A stretch of 64,000 nt of DNA from Candidatus Zixiibacteriota bacterium (GCA_040756055.1 JBFLZR010000009.1:4620-68619), one strand, 5' to 3'; numbered from the stretch's first letter, positions 1 to 9,564 are shown. Program-made: numbers and translations. The notes: generated from the letters alone by a model not told the origin.

Positions 1-105
1 CTATCGAGGGCGGGAAGGTCGGCCAGCCCTGACGTACTGCGGAAACTACACTGCCAAAAGCTATTTGTGACTCCCGTGGGTGACCTTCGAAACGCCAATG
101 ACTGA
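1..105 (+). CDS. cas9: C-terminal fragment of Cas9 (gene starts upstream of the window)
   Basis: Frame 1 is open from base 1 to TGA at 103-105 and reads ...SPDVLRKLHCQKLFVTPVGDLRNAND*, resembling the V(T/D)PxGxxxxAND* end of many II-C Cas9 proteins. It lies directly upstream of cas1-cas2. Confidence 0.75.
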   Translation, partial: LSRAGRSASPDVLRKLHCQKLFVTPVGDLRNAND

Positions 106-161
106 GCAACTCGGCCCGCTAAAGATGCTCTCTCCATCTGTCGATAATAGACAGTGGGGAA

Positions 162-1073
162 ATGGAAAAACGAGTTATCGACTTATCCGAAGAAGCAGCA
201 TCGTTGAGCGTTCACCTCGGGCAACTTCTTATCAGGCGGCCTGAAAGGGAAGATTCTGTCCCGCTGGAAGATATCCTGGCGCTGATTGTATCCCACCCGG
301 CCGTGCACTATACGCATGCAGTTTTGAGCGGCATATGCTCTTCAGGCGGCATATTTATCTCCTGTAATGATAGACGGATGCCCGCCGGCATGCTCCTCCC
401 GCTTGACGGGAACTTCGTTCAGGCCGAACGCTTTGCCATACAGGCGGGCGCCTCGTTGCCCGTCAAGAAGAACGCCTGGAAGCAAATTGTCTCCGCCAAA
501 ATACGGGCGCAGGGCTGCCTTCTCGCCAAGCTCAACGGCGGCGACAGCGGCCTGCTCCGCCTCGCCGCTCAAGTTCAGTCCGGCGATAGCGGAAACCTTG
601 AGGCTCTCGCTTCCCGCCGCTACTGGCCCGCTCTGTTCGACGAAAAATTCCGACGCGTGCCGGGGGCAGACAATGATATCAATCGCCTATTGAATTATGG
701 CTATGCCATTCTGAGGGGAATCGTTTCCCGCGCCGTCTGCGCCGCCGGGCTGCACCCCTGCCTGGGTATACATCACCACAACCGCTACAATTCCTTCTGC
801 CTCGCCGATGATCTCATGGAGCCATATCGCCCCTGTGTGGATAAAATCGTCCACCGCCTTGTTGGCGACTTTGGTCCGGGCGTCGACCTGGATAGAGACT
901 CCAAATCAATTTTGATTTCCGGGCTGATGTCAGCGAAATGCCGCGTCAAAAAGGAATATCTGTCAATCTTTGAGAGTACATCCCGATTGGCCGGCTCTCT
1001 GCTCTCAATGCTCGAGGGCAAAAAGCAAAAGCTTTGCGTTCCGGAGTTCAGAAATGACAAAGCGAAGACGTGA
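162..1073 (+). CDS. cas1: CRISPR-associated endonuclease Cas1, type II
   Basis: 303 aa with NxxLNYGYAILR and HHNRYNSFCLADDLMEPYRP motifs; adjacent to cas2 and the array. Confidence 0.97.
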   Translation: MEKRVIDLSEEAASLSVHLGQLLIRRPEREDSVPLEDILALIVSHPAVHYTHAVLSGICSSGGIFISCNDRRMPAGMLLPLDGNFVQAERFAIQAGASLPVKKNAWKQIVSAKIRAQGCLLAKLNGGDSGLLRLAAQVQSGDSGNLEALASRRYWPALFDEKFRRVPGADNDINRLLNYGYAILRGIVSRAVCAAGLHPCLGIHHHNRYNSFCLADDLMEPYRPCVDKIVHRLVGDFGPGVDLDRDSKSILISGLMSAKCRVKKEYLSIFESTSRLAGSLLSMLEGKKQKLCVPEFRNDKAKT

Positions 1074-1398
1074 CTTTTCGGAGTACCGAGCTGTGTGGCT
1101 GTTTGCGATGTTTGATTTGCCTGTCGATAGTCCCGCCGCTCGACGGCAGTACACCAACTTCCGCAAAAGTCTTCTGAAGCAAGGATTCACAATGCTTCAG
1201 TACTCGGTCTACTCGCGGTACTGCAACAGCGAGGAACGGGCAACGGTGTTCCGGGAGCGGCTAAAAAAGACACTCCCGCCACAAGGAGAGGTGCGTCTGC
1301 TGGCCGTAACCGATCATCAATTCGGAAAAATGCAGGTATTTCTCGGAAAAAAACGGGCGCAGACCGAAAAACCACCCGAACAATTACTACTTTTTTGA
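1054..1398 (+). CDS. cas2: CRISPR-associated endoribonuclease Cas2
   Basis: ATG at 1054 overlaps the cas1 end; WLFAMFDLPV...FRKSLLKQGFTMLQYSVYSR is the type II Cas2 signature. No csn2 or cas4 follows, indicating subtype II-C. Confidence 0.95.
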   Translation: MTKRRRDFSEYRAVWLFAMFDLPVDSPAARRQYTNFRKSLLKQGFTMLQYSVYSRYCNSEERATVFRERLKKTLPPQGEVRLLAVTDHQFGKMQVFLGKKRAQTEKPPEQLLLF

Positions 1399-1412
1399 CA
1401 GGGGAAACAGCA

Positions 1413-1447
1413 AAACCCCCTGTTAAACAAGCGTTAACAAGGGGTTT
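1413..1447. terminator. Hairpin between cas2 and the array (likely terminator of array transcripts or leader structure)
   Basis: AAACCCCCTGTTAA (1413-1426) pairs with TTAACAAGGGGTTT (1434-1447) with one mismatch. Confidence 0.6.
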
Positions 1448-1448
1448 A

Positions 1449-2804
1449 AATGTACTTAATCGGTTATTGCTGTCAAGCTCCAGCGGTAATCACGGATGGC
1501 CATTATGTTGGAACAATGTACTTAATCGGTTATTGCTGTCAAGCTCCAGCAATCTGGCGCGTTTGACGCTGACCCTATTGAATGTACTTAATCGGTTATT
1601 GCTGTCAAGCTCCAGCTCTACCCATTGGATAGTATTTGTATTGTGTAATGTACTTAATCGGTTATTGCTGTCAAGCTCCAGCTTTGAATGTCATTCCCCA
1701 CTCGTTTCAACAAATGTACTTAATCGGTTATTGCTGTCAAGCTCCAGCGCGACCCGATGAAGACATAGCGGTCTTTGGAATGTACTTAATCGGTTATTGC
1801 TGTCAAGCTCCAGCGCGGTTAAGAAGGAATGTGTGTGCCCACTCAATGTACTTAATCGGTTATTGCTGTCAAGCTCCAGCTTGGTCGAACATGACAGCCA
1901 TGACGATGAGAATGTACTTAATCGGTTATTGCTGTCAAGCTCCAGCCGTTTTCCGGCGTTAAGGCTAACAAGCTAAAATGTACTTAATCGGTTATTGCTG
2001 TCAAGCTCCAGCAAAGTAATACTCTATAAGTCATTACCAAAAAATGTACTTAATCGGTTATTGCTGTCAAGCTCCAGCCTCTTGGCGTTTTTCTTGGTTT
2101 TCTTTTCTAATGTACTTAATCGGTTATTGCTGTCAAGCTCCAGCACCGTAAGTCCGGATGCCGGCGCCGGAATATAATGTACTTAATCGGTTATTGCTGT
2201 CAAGCTCCAGCAAAGCCGAACTCAACAAATCAAGGCGGCTCAATGTACTTAATCGGTTATTGCTGTCAAGCTCCAGCAATATGACGATTAAAGAGTTGAA
2301 CCGCGCCAATGTACTTAATCGGTTATTGCTGTCAAGCTCCAGCTGGCTCCGGCATCTGCGCTACAACCGTAGCAATGTACTTAATCGGTTATTGCTGTCA
2401 AGCTCCAGCTCTGGCCCTGCTGCGCAATCTGCGCAACAAATGTACTTAATCGGTTATTGCTGTCAAGCTCCAGCAACGGGAGACCACGATCTTATGATAG
2501 GCGCAATGTACTTAATCGGTTATTGCTGTCAAGCTCCAGCTCCGTATGCGTCTCTACGGGCCGCAATGGTAATGTACTTAATCGGTTATTGCTGTCAAGC
2601 TCCAGCGGCTGGACAGGCCGATGAACGCACTGTGGTAATGTACTTAATCGGTTATTGCTGTCAAGCTCCAGCATATTTTGCTGGTAGCCGTCGCCGGGGT
2701 CTAATGTACTTAATCGGTTATTGCTGTCAAGCTCCAGCGTGTTCGACAGTTACGAAATCATGCTCGTAAATGCACTTAATCGGTTATTGCTGTCAAGCTC
2801 CAGC
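1449..2804 (-). CRISPR. Type II-C CRISPR array, 21 repeats of 36 bp and 20 unique spacers of 29-31 bp
   Basis: Repeat AATGTACTTAATCGGTTATTGCTGTCAAGCTCCAGC at about 66-bp period from 1449 to 2769; the last copy has a T>C change at repeat position 5. Minus-strand orientation is inferred from embedded promoter motifs and the II-C precedent. Confidence 0.98.
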
Positions 2805-2943
2805 CCAATTGTGCACTCACTGAGTGCACTGTTTAAATATGCTTAAGCAGTGCCCCCCGCATTTTTCCAACAACATCGGTGTAAAAAGACGGGCGGGATC
2901 GGTAGGTATGAGGTGGGGCCGTGGCGGAGATGACGAACATGGA

Positions 2944-3032
2944 CCCGGTGAATCTGAAGATTCACCGGGCACAAGGCCAAGATTCACCGGGCACAAGGTT
3001 AGAATCTGAAGGTTCACCGGGCACAAGGCCAA
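2944..3032. repeat. Palindromic/direct repeat cluster (REP-like)
   Basis: CCCGGTGAATCT-GA-AGATTCACCGGG perfect inverted repeat at 2944-2969; TTCACCGGGCACAAGG at 2961, 2983 and 3013. Confidence 0.85.
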
Positions 3033-3164
3033 ATATGGTGCATCCAATTGGCTTTCAGAAATGGCGGTAAATATCGACGAAAAAAACAGTTAGGAAGGGA
3101 AAACATGATTTTAGGATCCCTGAAAAATAACGGAACAAAGCCAATTTCGAAACGCGATGATAAC

Positions 3165-3192
3165 GGCAGAACCGCTTCGGGTTCTGCCCTAC
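3165..3192 (-). repeat. GTAG-type REP-like palindrome
   Basis: Minus strand reads GTAG-GGCAGAACC-CGAAGC-GGTTCTGCC. Confidence 0.6.
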
Positions 3193-3197
3193 TCGCT

Positions 3198-3317
3198 GGG
3201 CCCCCGCTTTCGCGGGGGTGACGATAAGAGGCAGGGGTGACGATAAGAGGCGGGGGTGACGATAAGAGGCAGGGGTGACGATAAGAGGCGGGGGTGACGA
3301 TAAGAGGCGGGGGTGAC
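3198..3317 (+). repeat. REP-like hairpin followed by a 19-bp tandem repeat (about 5.4 copies)
   Basis: CCCCCGC-TTTC-GCGGGGG hairpin, then GGGGTGACGATAAGAGGC(A/G) at 3215, 3234, 3253, 3272 and 3291, with a partial copy at 3310. Confidence 0.9.
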
Positions 3318-3524
3318 TTAAACACAAAAATATCAAAACGAAGCCAAATCCCCATAACCCAAACGGAGACACAAACATACATGATATTTTCGCGCCCAAC
3401 GTTAAACCGTTGTCAACCAAAGCCTTACAAAACAGACCGTCATGCGAAAAATGCGCCCAAACAACTGTTAAAACTTTACAGCTTTCAGTGCGTATTCTAT
3501 ATAGCGATGTAACATGGATTGCCT

Positions 3525-5036
3525 ATGGTAAGATTGCTAAATACCCTTTTTCTGACATTGCTATCGTTTTCCACCGTCTGGGCCGCTCCATACGAGATAA
3601 TTTTCTCCGAAAAAATCGGCGGCGCGGAAAACTATGCGTGTGTCGATCCTATCGTGGATGCTGCGGCGCAGCACGCCGGATTTATCTACTGCGACCAAAA
3701 CAACAACCGCATTATCATAGACGATTTCACGCGCGACAGCCTCATCACGATCGACTTCAGCCGCACTCCCGCCAAAACAGTCCACTACTACAGCCCGAAA
3801 CGCGACACGCTTTATGTGTACGTGCTGCTCAACCGCGACAGTGAGACGCCCTCTATCGGACTGGTGAGAATATTCCCCGATGGTCTCCTGGTCGAACGCA
3901 TCCCCACGAATTGCTTCACCGCCTTCGGCCAACTCAGCGCGGTCGAGTCACAGAATATCTCGCTCAAGCGATCCTCCGATGGAACAGTGCAGGGGTTGTG
4001 GTTTGAGACAGCGCTTCTGTACGATGATTCCTCGCCGGGCATGGGATCATCGAGCGAAATCGCCCCGACCACAATCCTTTACTCGGCTGACCTCAAGACC
4101 GAGATGATGCGGGCCGCGGTGACGAAGATCCGAAGCGGCGATGTTACCGGCGACATCACCGAAGAATTCTTCGCGTTCAAAAATTATGTTTACAGTTGGA
4201 ATTTCCCCGATGCTTTCGGCAATTCCGATATCGGGCAGATCAAGTGGACCTCGCTGAGTTTCCAGGATACGCTGGCGGCCAATCTCGGCAGCCAGCAAAC
4301 CGAGCAGGGAATATCCTATGCCCTGTTCACCGGCGACTTCAGCGACCTGACACCCAAGAAAGAAATCATCTATCAGGGGTTGTCCGAAGATCTTTTGAGC
4401 ATGCACTCGCGTCTTGCTTCGCATGTGGCCTGCTATGGCTACGATGGCGGCATCCTCACCGAACTGTGGTACACCGAAATCGAAAACGCCCGCTTCGAGC
4501 ACGTCTATGCCGACAAGCGCCTTCTGGTCGGAATGCTTCGCGATGACCATGTGGTCTTTCTGGATTACTCCAATGGCGATGTTGTCGATTCGACTTATCT
4601 GGGCCGAAAGCTTTCCGATGTTACCTTCTTTGAAACCTACAGCAATCCATCGGTATTAAACATGGTCGGGCGCTCCGGCGATACGGTTTTGGTCTACCGC
4701 TTCGATATAAACGCGCCCGCGACTCAGGCCACGGCTTCGACGAGCGAGCCGGTGCCGTCTTCGCTGGTACTCTACCAGAACAATCCGAATCCGTTCAACG
4801 GCGAGACGCGGTTATCGTTCGAAATCAAGCAGAGTCAACACGCCACCCTGAAAGTCTACAATATCCTCGGGCAGGAAGTTGCGGTGCTGGCGCAGGGCAA
4901 TTTCGCCCCCGGGACTTTCTTCGCTTACTGGGATGGTACCGATTCCGACGGCATGCCGCAGTCGAGCGGTGTTTATTTCGCTCGCCTGCAGGGCGACAGC
5001 GAATCGCAGATTATCAAGCTGATTTACGTCAAATAG
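3525..5036 (+). CDS. Secreted protein with C-terminal FlgD-Ig / T9SS-CTD-like domain
   Basis: Signal peptide MVRLLNTLFLTLLSFSTVWA; C-terminus LYQNNPNPFNGET...VYNILGQEV...WDGTDSDG...SSGVYFARL. Confidence 0.85.
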   Translation: MVRLLNTLFLTLLSFSTVWAAPYEIIFSEKIGGAENYACVDPIVDAAAQHAGFIYCDQNNNRIIIDDFTRDSLITIDFSRTPAKTVHYYSPKRDTLYVYVLLNRDSETPSIGLVRIFPDGLLVERIPTNCFTAFGQLSAVESQNISLKRSSDGTVQGLWFETALLYDDSSPGMGSSSEIAPTTILYSADLKTEMMRAAVTKIRSGDVTGDITEEFFAFKNYVYSWNFPDAFGNSDIGQIKWTSLSFQDTLAANLGSQQTEQGISYALFTGDFSDLTPKKEIIYQGLSEDLLSMHSRLASHVACYGYDGGILTELWYTEIENARFEHVYADKRLLVGMLRDDHVVFLDYSNGDVVDSTYLGRKLSDVTFFETYSNPSVLNMVGRSGDTVLVYRFDINAPATQATASTSEPVPSSLVLYQNNPNPFNGETRLSFEIKQSQHATLKVYNILGQEVAVLAQGNFAPGTFFAYWDGTDSDGMPQSSGVYFARLQGDSESQIIKLIYVK

Positions 5037-5133
5037 ACGTTTGCATAGATTCTGATAAATTTTGACTGACGACTCTCCCCTGTCGGACACCCGTTGGTCA
5101 CGGCAGCCCGTGGCCTTTCGCAAAACTGCAGCG

Positions 5134-5162
5134 AAAAAAAAGCCCGCCATCCGGCGGGCTTT
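5134..5162 (-). terminator. Rho-independent terminator
   Basis: GCCCGCC-ATCC-GGCGGGC stem with an A8 tract on + (U tract on -), downstream of the 5179-5751 gene. Confidence 0.8.
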
Positions 5163-5178
5163 GATAATCTAACAGTCG

Positions 5179-5751
5179 CTATTCAACGACTGTAAATTTG
5201 TATGGTCCGGGCCATGTCGGCGACACTTTCGGCGCGGCGAACATCCACACTCCCCGCGGCGGGAAGAATGCCGAATCCACAACCACCGTACCCGGCGTTT
5301 TGAAGATCATATCCATCGAGATATTCTTCTGCATCGGGTGCGGCTGATATGTGTTTTGGACACACAGAGCGCCAAAGCCGATCAGTTCGGGAAGCTTACC
5401 GTCCCAGTCGGTCTCGACAACGTGAAGCCCGCCCATATCGAAGATGGAGTTGTCCTGAAAGCCGTTGTAGGCCTTGACATCGCCCATCACGTTTCTGCCC
5501 TTGCCGCTGTCGGCCACGTGAGTCACGGCCGCGATATCCGGCGAAGTGATTTTGAAGCCGACGTTAATCAGGGTAAAAACGGTATCGTTCTCGAAATACA
5601 GGTCGAATGACACCTTTTCCCCGGCCTTGATGGTGCTGTCGTTGACAGCTCCCGGCCCGGAGATTTTCAGGGCTATACCGGCTGCCATAGCGGACCCGGC
5701 AAGCACAGTTGCGGCAGCAAAAACAGCGAGTAACAATAGGAATCTACGCAT
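5179..5751 (-). CDS. Secreted hypothetical protein, possible cohesin-like beta-sandwich
   Basis: Signal peptide MRRFLLLLAVFAAATVLAGSAMA; beta-strand-rich mature part. The fold call is inference. Confidence 0.75.
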   Translation of the reverse strand: MRRFLLLLAVFAAATVLAGSAMAAGIALKISGPGAVNDSTIKAGEKVSFDLYFENDTVFTLINVGFKITSPDIAAVTHVADSGKGRNVMGDVKAYNGFQDNSIFDMGGLHVVETDWDGKLPELIGFGALCVQNTYQPHPMQKNISMDMIFKTPGTVVVDSAFFPPRGVWMFAAPKVSPTWPGPYKFTVVE

Positions 5752-6038
5752 GCATATCTCCCTCAGAAAGTTAAACTATTTTCCCTCGATAAAATGCGAA
5801 CATATCATATCAGCGGGCATATGTCAAACCTAATTTCCCGCGTGGTCTTTGGCCTTATACACCTGTGCGGTTGGTTCGAGCCGGCTTTTCTATCTAATTT
5901 CGGCATCATGGCTAAACTCATGATTCAAAATATCTTCAATGTAAAGCGCCCCTGCGCGTGTGCATCCCATTTTTTTCATTGACCATACGGTCGCTTGTGC
6001 GTATTTTCACAATTTACAACAAAAAGGATTCAAACTTT

Positions 6039-6767
6039 ATGACTACCGTAGGGTTAAATCAAATGGTAACCACTCAATCATCGGTCAGTTTTATATCAGC
6101 CTCTGTCGGTAAGAAAGTCCTGATGGCTGTCACCGGCATTTGCCTGATCGGCTTTTTGATTGTCCATTTGATTGGGAATCTTCAGCTATTTATCGGGCAA
6201 GAACAGCTCAATAAATACGCCGAGACTCTCCAATCGCTCGGGGCAATCAAGTGGGGCTTCAGACTGGTCCTGGCGGTTCTGGCGGTATTGCACATCTGGT
6301 ACGGCGCTTATCTGTGGCTTCAGAACCGCAGCGCTCGACCGGTCGCGTATCGCCGCGAGGATACCGTGCAGGCCTCTCTCTCATCGAGGACAATGATATA
6401 CACCGGTCTGTTGCTGCTGTTCTTTATCGTATATCACCTTCTTCATTTTACTTTGATAGCGACGAACCCGGAGTACTCTCATCTTGAGGATCCGCTTGGT
6501 CGGCATGATGTTTATTCGATGGTGATTTTAGGCTTCAGCAACTATATCATTTCCGGTGTTTACATCGTGGCTATGTTCCTGCTGGCGTTTCATCTCAGTC
6601 ACGCCTCGGAGTCGTTTTTTCAGACGATGGGCTGGAACAATGATAAAATTCTCCCCAAGCTCAAGTTCTTAAGCAACCTTTTCGCGGTTGTAATCTTTAT
6701 CGGCTACGCTTCGATGCCGGTAGCCGTACTTTTGAAATTCGTAACACTGCCGGGAGGAGGACACTAG
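6039..6767 (+). CDS. sdhC: Succinate dehydrogenase/fumarate reductase cytochrome b subunit
   Basis: SVGKKVLMAVTG...HLIGNL, YHLLHFT and FHLSHA heme-ligand motifs; five TM segments; first gene of the operon. Start could be 6039 or 6063. Confidence 0.93.
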   Translation: MTTVGLNQMVTTQSSVSFISASVGKKVLMAVTGICLIGFLIVHLIGNLQLFIGQEQLNKYAETLQSLGAIKWGFRLVLAVLAVLHIWYGAYLWLQNRSARPVAYRREDTVQASLSSRTMIYTGLLLLFFIVYHLLHFTLIATNPEYSHLEDPLGRHDVYSMVILGFSNYIISGVYIVAMFLLAFHLSHASESFFQTMGWNNDKILPKLKFLSNLFAVVIFIGYASMPVAVLLKFVTLPGGGH

Positions 6768-8681
6768 ATGAAACTTGATCCCAAAATCCCTTCGGGGCCA
6801 CTGGCAGAAAAGTGGGATAAGCACCGTTTCGAGATGAAGCTGGTCAATCCCGCGAACAAGAGAAAATATACAGCCATAGTTGTCGGGTCCGGTCTGGCGG
6901 GCGCCTCGGCGGCGGCATCGCTGGCGGAGCTCGGATACAACGTATCCTGCTTCTGCTATCAGGATTCTCCGCGCCGCGCGCACAGTATTGCCGCTCAGGG
7001 CGGTATCAATGCCTCCAAGAATTATCAGAATGACGGCGACTCGACGTTTCGACTGTTTTATGACACGATTAAGGGCGGCGATTTCCGCTCCCGTGAGGCC
7101 AACGTATATCGTCTGGCCCAGGTGAGCACGAACATCATCGACCAGTGCGTGGCCCAGGGTGTGCCGTTTGCGCGTGAGTACGGCGGTCTTCTGGACAACC
7201 GCTCGTTTGGCGGCGCCCAGGTGTCGCGTACGTTCTACGCCCGCGGCCAGACAGGCCAGCAGCTTCTGCTCGGCGCCTATTCGGCGCTGTCACGTCAGAT
7301 CGGGCTGGGTAAAGTAAAAATGTACCCGCGCACGGAGATGCTCGATGTCGTGGTTGTTGATAACCGTGCTCGCGGTATCGTCGTGCGCGACATGGTCAGC
7401 GGCAAAATCAGTTCGCACGCGGCCGATGCGGTCGTTCTGTGTACGGGCGGCTATGGTAATGTTTTCTACCTTGCCACCTACGCCAAGGGCTGCAACGTTA
7501 CCGCAGCTTTTCGTGCTTATAAGAAAGGCGCTGTGTTCGCCAACCCGTGTTTCACGCAGATTCACCCGACCTGTATTCCGGTCACCGGCGAGTATCAATC
7601 GAAGCTCACTCTCATGTCGGAATCGCTACGGAACGACGGTCGTATCTGGGTGCCCAAAAACCAGGGCGACAAGAGACCAGCCGGACAGATTCCGGAGAAC
7701 GAGCGCGACTACTATCTCGAACGCAAATACCCGAGTTTTGGTAACCTTGCTCCGCGCGATATTTCATCGCGCAGTGCGAAGGAGGTTGTCGATGACGGAC
7801 GCGGTGTTGGCGAGACCGGAGTCGGTGTTTATCTCGACTTCGCCGACGCTATTAAGCGTCTCGGCAAGAGGGTGATTGAAGAGCGCTACGGCAATTTGTT
7901 CCAGATGTATGAGCGGATTACCGGTGAGGACCCGTACACTGTTCCGATGCGCATCTACCCGGCCTCGCATTACACGATGGGTGGACTGTGGGTTGACTAC
8001 AACCTCGAAAGCACAATCCCCGGCCTGTTCGTCGCGGGTGAGGCGAATTTCTCCGACCACGGCGCCAATCGTCTTGGAGCGAGCGCGCTGATGCAGGGTC
8101 TGGCTGACGGTTATTTCGTGATTCCTTACACTCTCGGTAATCATTTTGCCCGTGCGGGTGTATCGAAAATTACCACGGATCACCCCGAGTTCAAGAAAAC
8201 CGAGCAGGAAGTGACGGAGAGGATGAACAAATTGCTCTCGATAAAGGGCAAGCGTTCTCCCGATACTTTCCATCGCGCTCTCGGTAAGATCATGTGGGAA
8301 TACTGCGGCATGGGACGTAACGAGGCCGGTTTGAAGAAGGCTCTTCAGGAGATACCGGCTCTGCGCGAGGAATTCTGGCAGGATGTCAAGGTGATGGGCT
8401 CGAACGAAGAACTCAATCAGCAGCTTGAGCTTGCCGGACGGGTCGCCGATTTCCTCGAGATCGGCGAGGTGATGTGCTATGACGCTCTGACAAGGCAGGA
8501 ATCCTGCGGCGCTCATTTCCGCGAGGAGTACCAGACCGAAGAAGGCGAGGCTTTGCGTAACGACAAAGACTTCTGCTATGTTTCGGCCTGGGAGTACACC
8601 GGCTACGGAAAGGAGCCCGCTTTACATAAAGAACCCCTTGTTTTTGAGAATGTGGAACTGACAACAAGGAGTTACAAATAA
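6768..8681 (+). CDS. sdhA: Succinate dehydrogenase/fumarate reductase flavoprotein subunit
   Basis: GSGLAG FAD motif, [25 protein letters not shown] and [11 protein letters not shown]. Confidence 0.97.
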   Translation: MKLDPKIPSGPLAEKWDKHRFEMKLVNPANKRKYTAIVVGSGLAGASAAASLAELGYNVSCFCYQDSPRRAHSIAAQGGINASKNYQNDGDSTFRLFYDTIKGGDFRSREANVYRLAQVSTNIIDQCVAQGVPFAREYGGLLDNRSFGGAQVSRTFYARGQTGQQLLLGAYSALSRQIGLGKVKMYPRTEMLDVVVVDNRARGIVVRDMVSGKISSHAADAVVLCTGGYGNVFYLATYAKGCNVTAAFRAYKKGAVFANPCFTQIHPTCIPVTGEYQSKLTLMSESLRNDGRIWVPKNQGDKRPAGQIPENERDYYLERKYPSFGNLAPRDISSRSAKEVVDDGRGVGETGVGVYLDFADAIKRLGKRVIEERYGNLFQMYERITGEDPYTVPMRIYPASHYTMGGLWVDYNLESTIPGLFVAGEANFSDHGANRLGASALMQGLADGYFVIPYTLGNHFARAGVSKITTDHPEFKKTEQEVTERMNKLLSIKGKRSPDTFHRALGKIMWEYCGMGRNEAGLKKALQEIPALREEFWQDVKVMGSNEELNQQLELAGRVADFLEIGEVMCYDALTRQESCGAHFREEYQTEEGEALRNDKDFCYVSAWEYTGYGKEPALHKEPLVFENVELTTRSYK

Positions 8682-9424
8682 TGAATCTCACACTACATGT
8701 ATGGCGCCAGAAGAACGCTAACGATAAAGGCCGTCTGGAAAAGTACGAAGCGAAGGATATCAATCACCACATGTCCTTTCTTGAGATGCTCGATGTTGTC
8801 AACGAGGGATTGATTCAACAGGGGATCGAGCCGATCGCTTTCGACCACGACTGCCGTGAAGGCATCTGCGGCATGTGCTCTCTAATGATTAACGGCAGAG
8901 CGCACGGCCCGCAGAAAGCCACTACCGTCTGCCAGCTTCACATGCGGTATTTCAAAGACGGTGACGTGATTTATATCGAGCCCTGGCGGGCCAGGGCCTT
9001 CCCTGTCGTAAAAGACTTGATTGTTGATCGTTCAGCGTTTGACAGAATCATGCAGGCCGGCGGCTTTATTTCGGTTAACACCGGTGGCGCGCCGGATGCC
9101 AACGCTCTTCCGATCCCGAAAAAGAACGCCGATCTGGCCATGGATGCCGCGGCCTGCATTGGCTGCGGCGCCTGTGTCGCCTCGTGCAAGAACGCATCGG
9201 CCATGCTTTTTGTCTCGGCCAAAGTGTCTCAGTTCGCCTATCTGCCACAGGGTCAGGCCGAACGCAAGGACCGGGTCAAGAAGATGATCGCGCAGATGGA
9301 TCTGGAGGGATTCGGCAACTGCACGAACTATTACGAGTGTGAAGCTGCCTGTCCGAAGGAAATCTCAGTCAAGTTCATCGCGAAGATGAACCGTGATTTC
9401 ATGGTGGCTAAGATCACTTCGTAA
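8681..9424 (+). CDS. sdhB: Succinate dehydrogenase/fumarate reductase iron-sulfur subunit
   Basis: [20 protein letters not shown] and [12 protein letters not shown] cluster motifs. Confidence 0.97.
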   Translation: MNLTLHVWRQKNANDKGRLEKYEAKDINHHMSFLEMLDVVNEGLIQQGIEPIAFDHDCREGICGMCSLMINGRAHGPQKATTVCQLHMRYFKDGDVIYIEPWRARAFPVVKDLIVDRSAFDRIMQAGGFISVNTGGAPDANALPIPKKNADLAMDAAACIGCGACVASCKNASAMLFVSAKVSQFAYLPQGQAERKDRVKKMIAQMDLEGFGNCTNYYECEAACPKEISVKFIAKMNRDFMVAKITS

Positions 9425-9446
9425 TCAAGTAATAGCTACTTCGATC

Positions 9447-9475
9447 AAGGCCCCGTGCGAAAGACACGGGGCCTT
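9447..9475 (+). terminator. Terminator after sdhB
   Basis: AAGGCCCCGTG-CGAAAGA-CACGGGGCCTT perfect 11-bp stem followed by ATTT. Confidence 0.8.
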
Positions 9476-9564
9476 ATTTGTGATATAAAAGTTGTTGATT
9501 TAGACACTTATGCTGTATTGATTCAGTAAATGTTCCAAGTGTCTCAAACAGGGGAGTGAACCTA

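Noticed and set aside
106-161. Possible tracrRNA between cas9 and cas1 (CTGTC-N7-GACAG)
   Set aside because: Only 56 nt, a 5-bp stem and no extended anti-repeat. No convincing anti-repeat was seen elsewhere in the window by eye.
1485-2768. Self-targeting or duplicated spacers
   Set aside because: All 20 spacers differ and no match within the window was noticed; an exhaustive search could not be run.
1395-2769. ORFs with repeated NVLNRLLLSSSS / MYLIGYCCQAPA
   Set aside because: Translations of the CRISPR repeats; not genes.
3014-3420. ORFs with PPPLIVTPASYRH repeats
   Set aside because: Artefacts of the 19-bp tandem repeat; no RBS or coherent protein.
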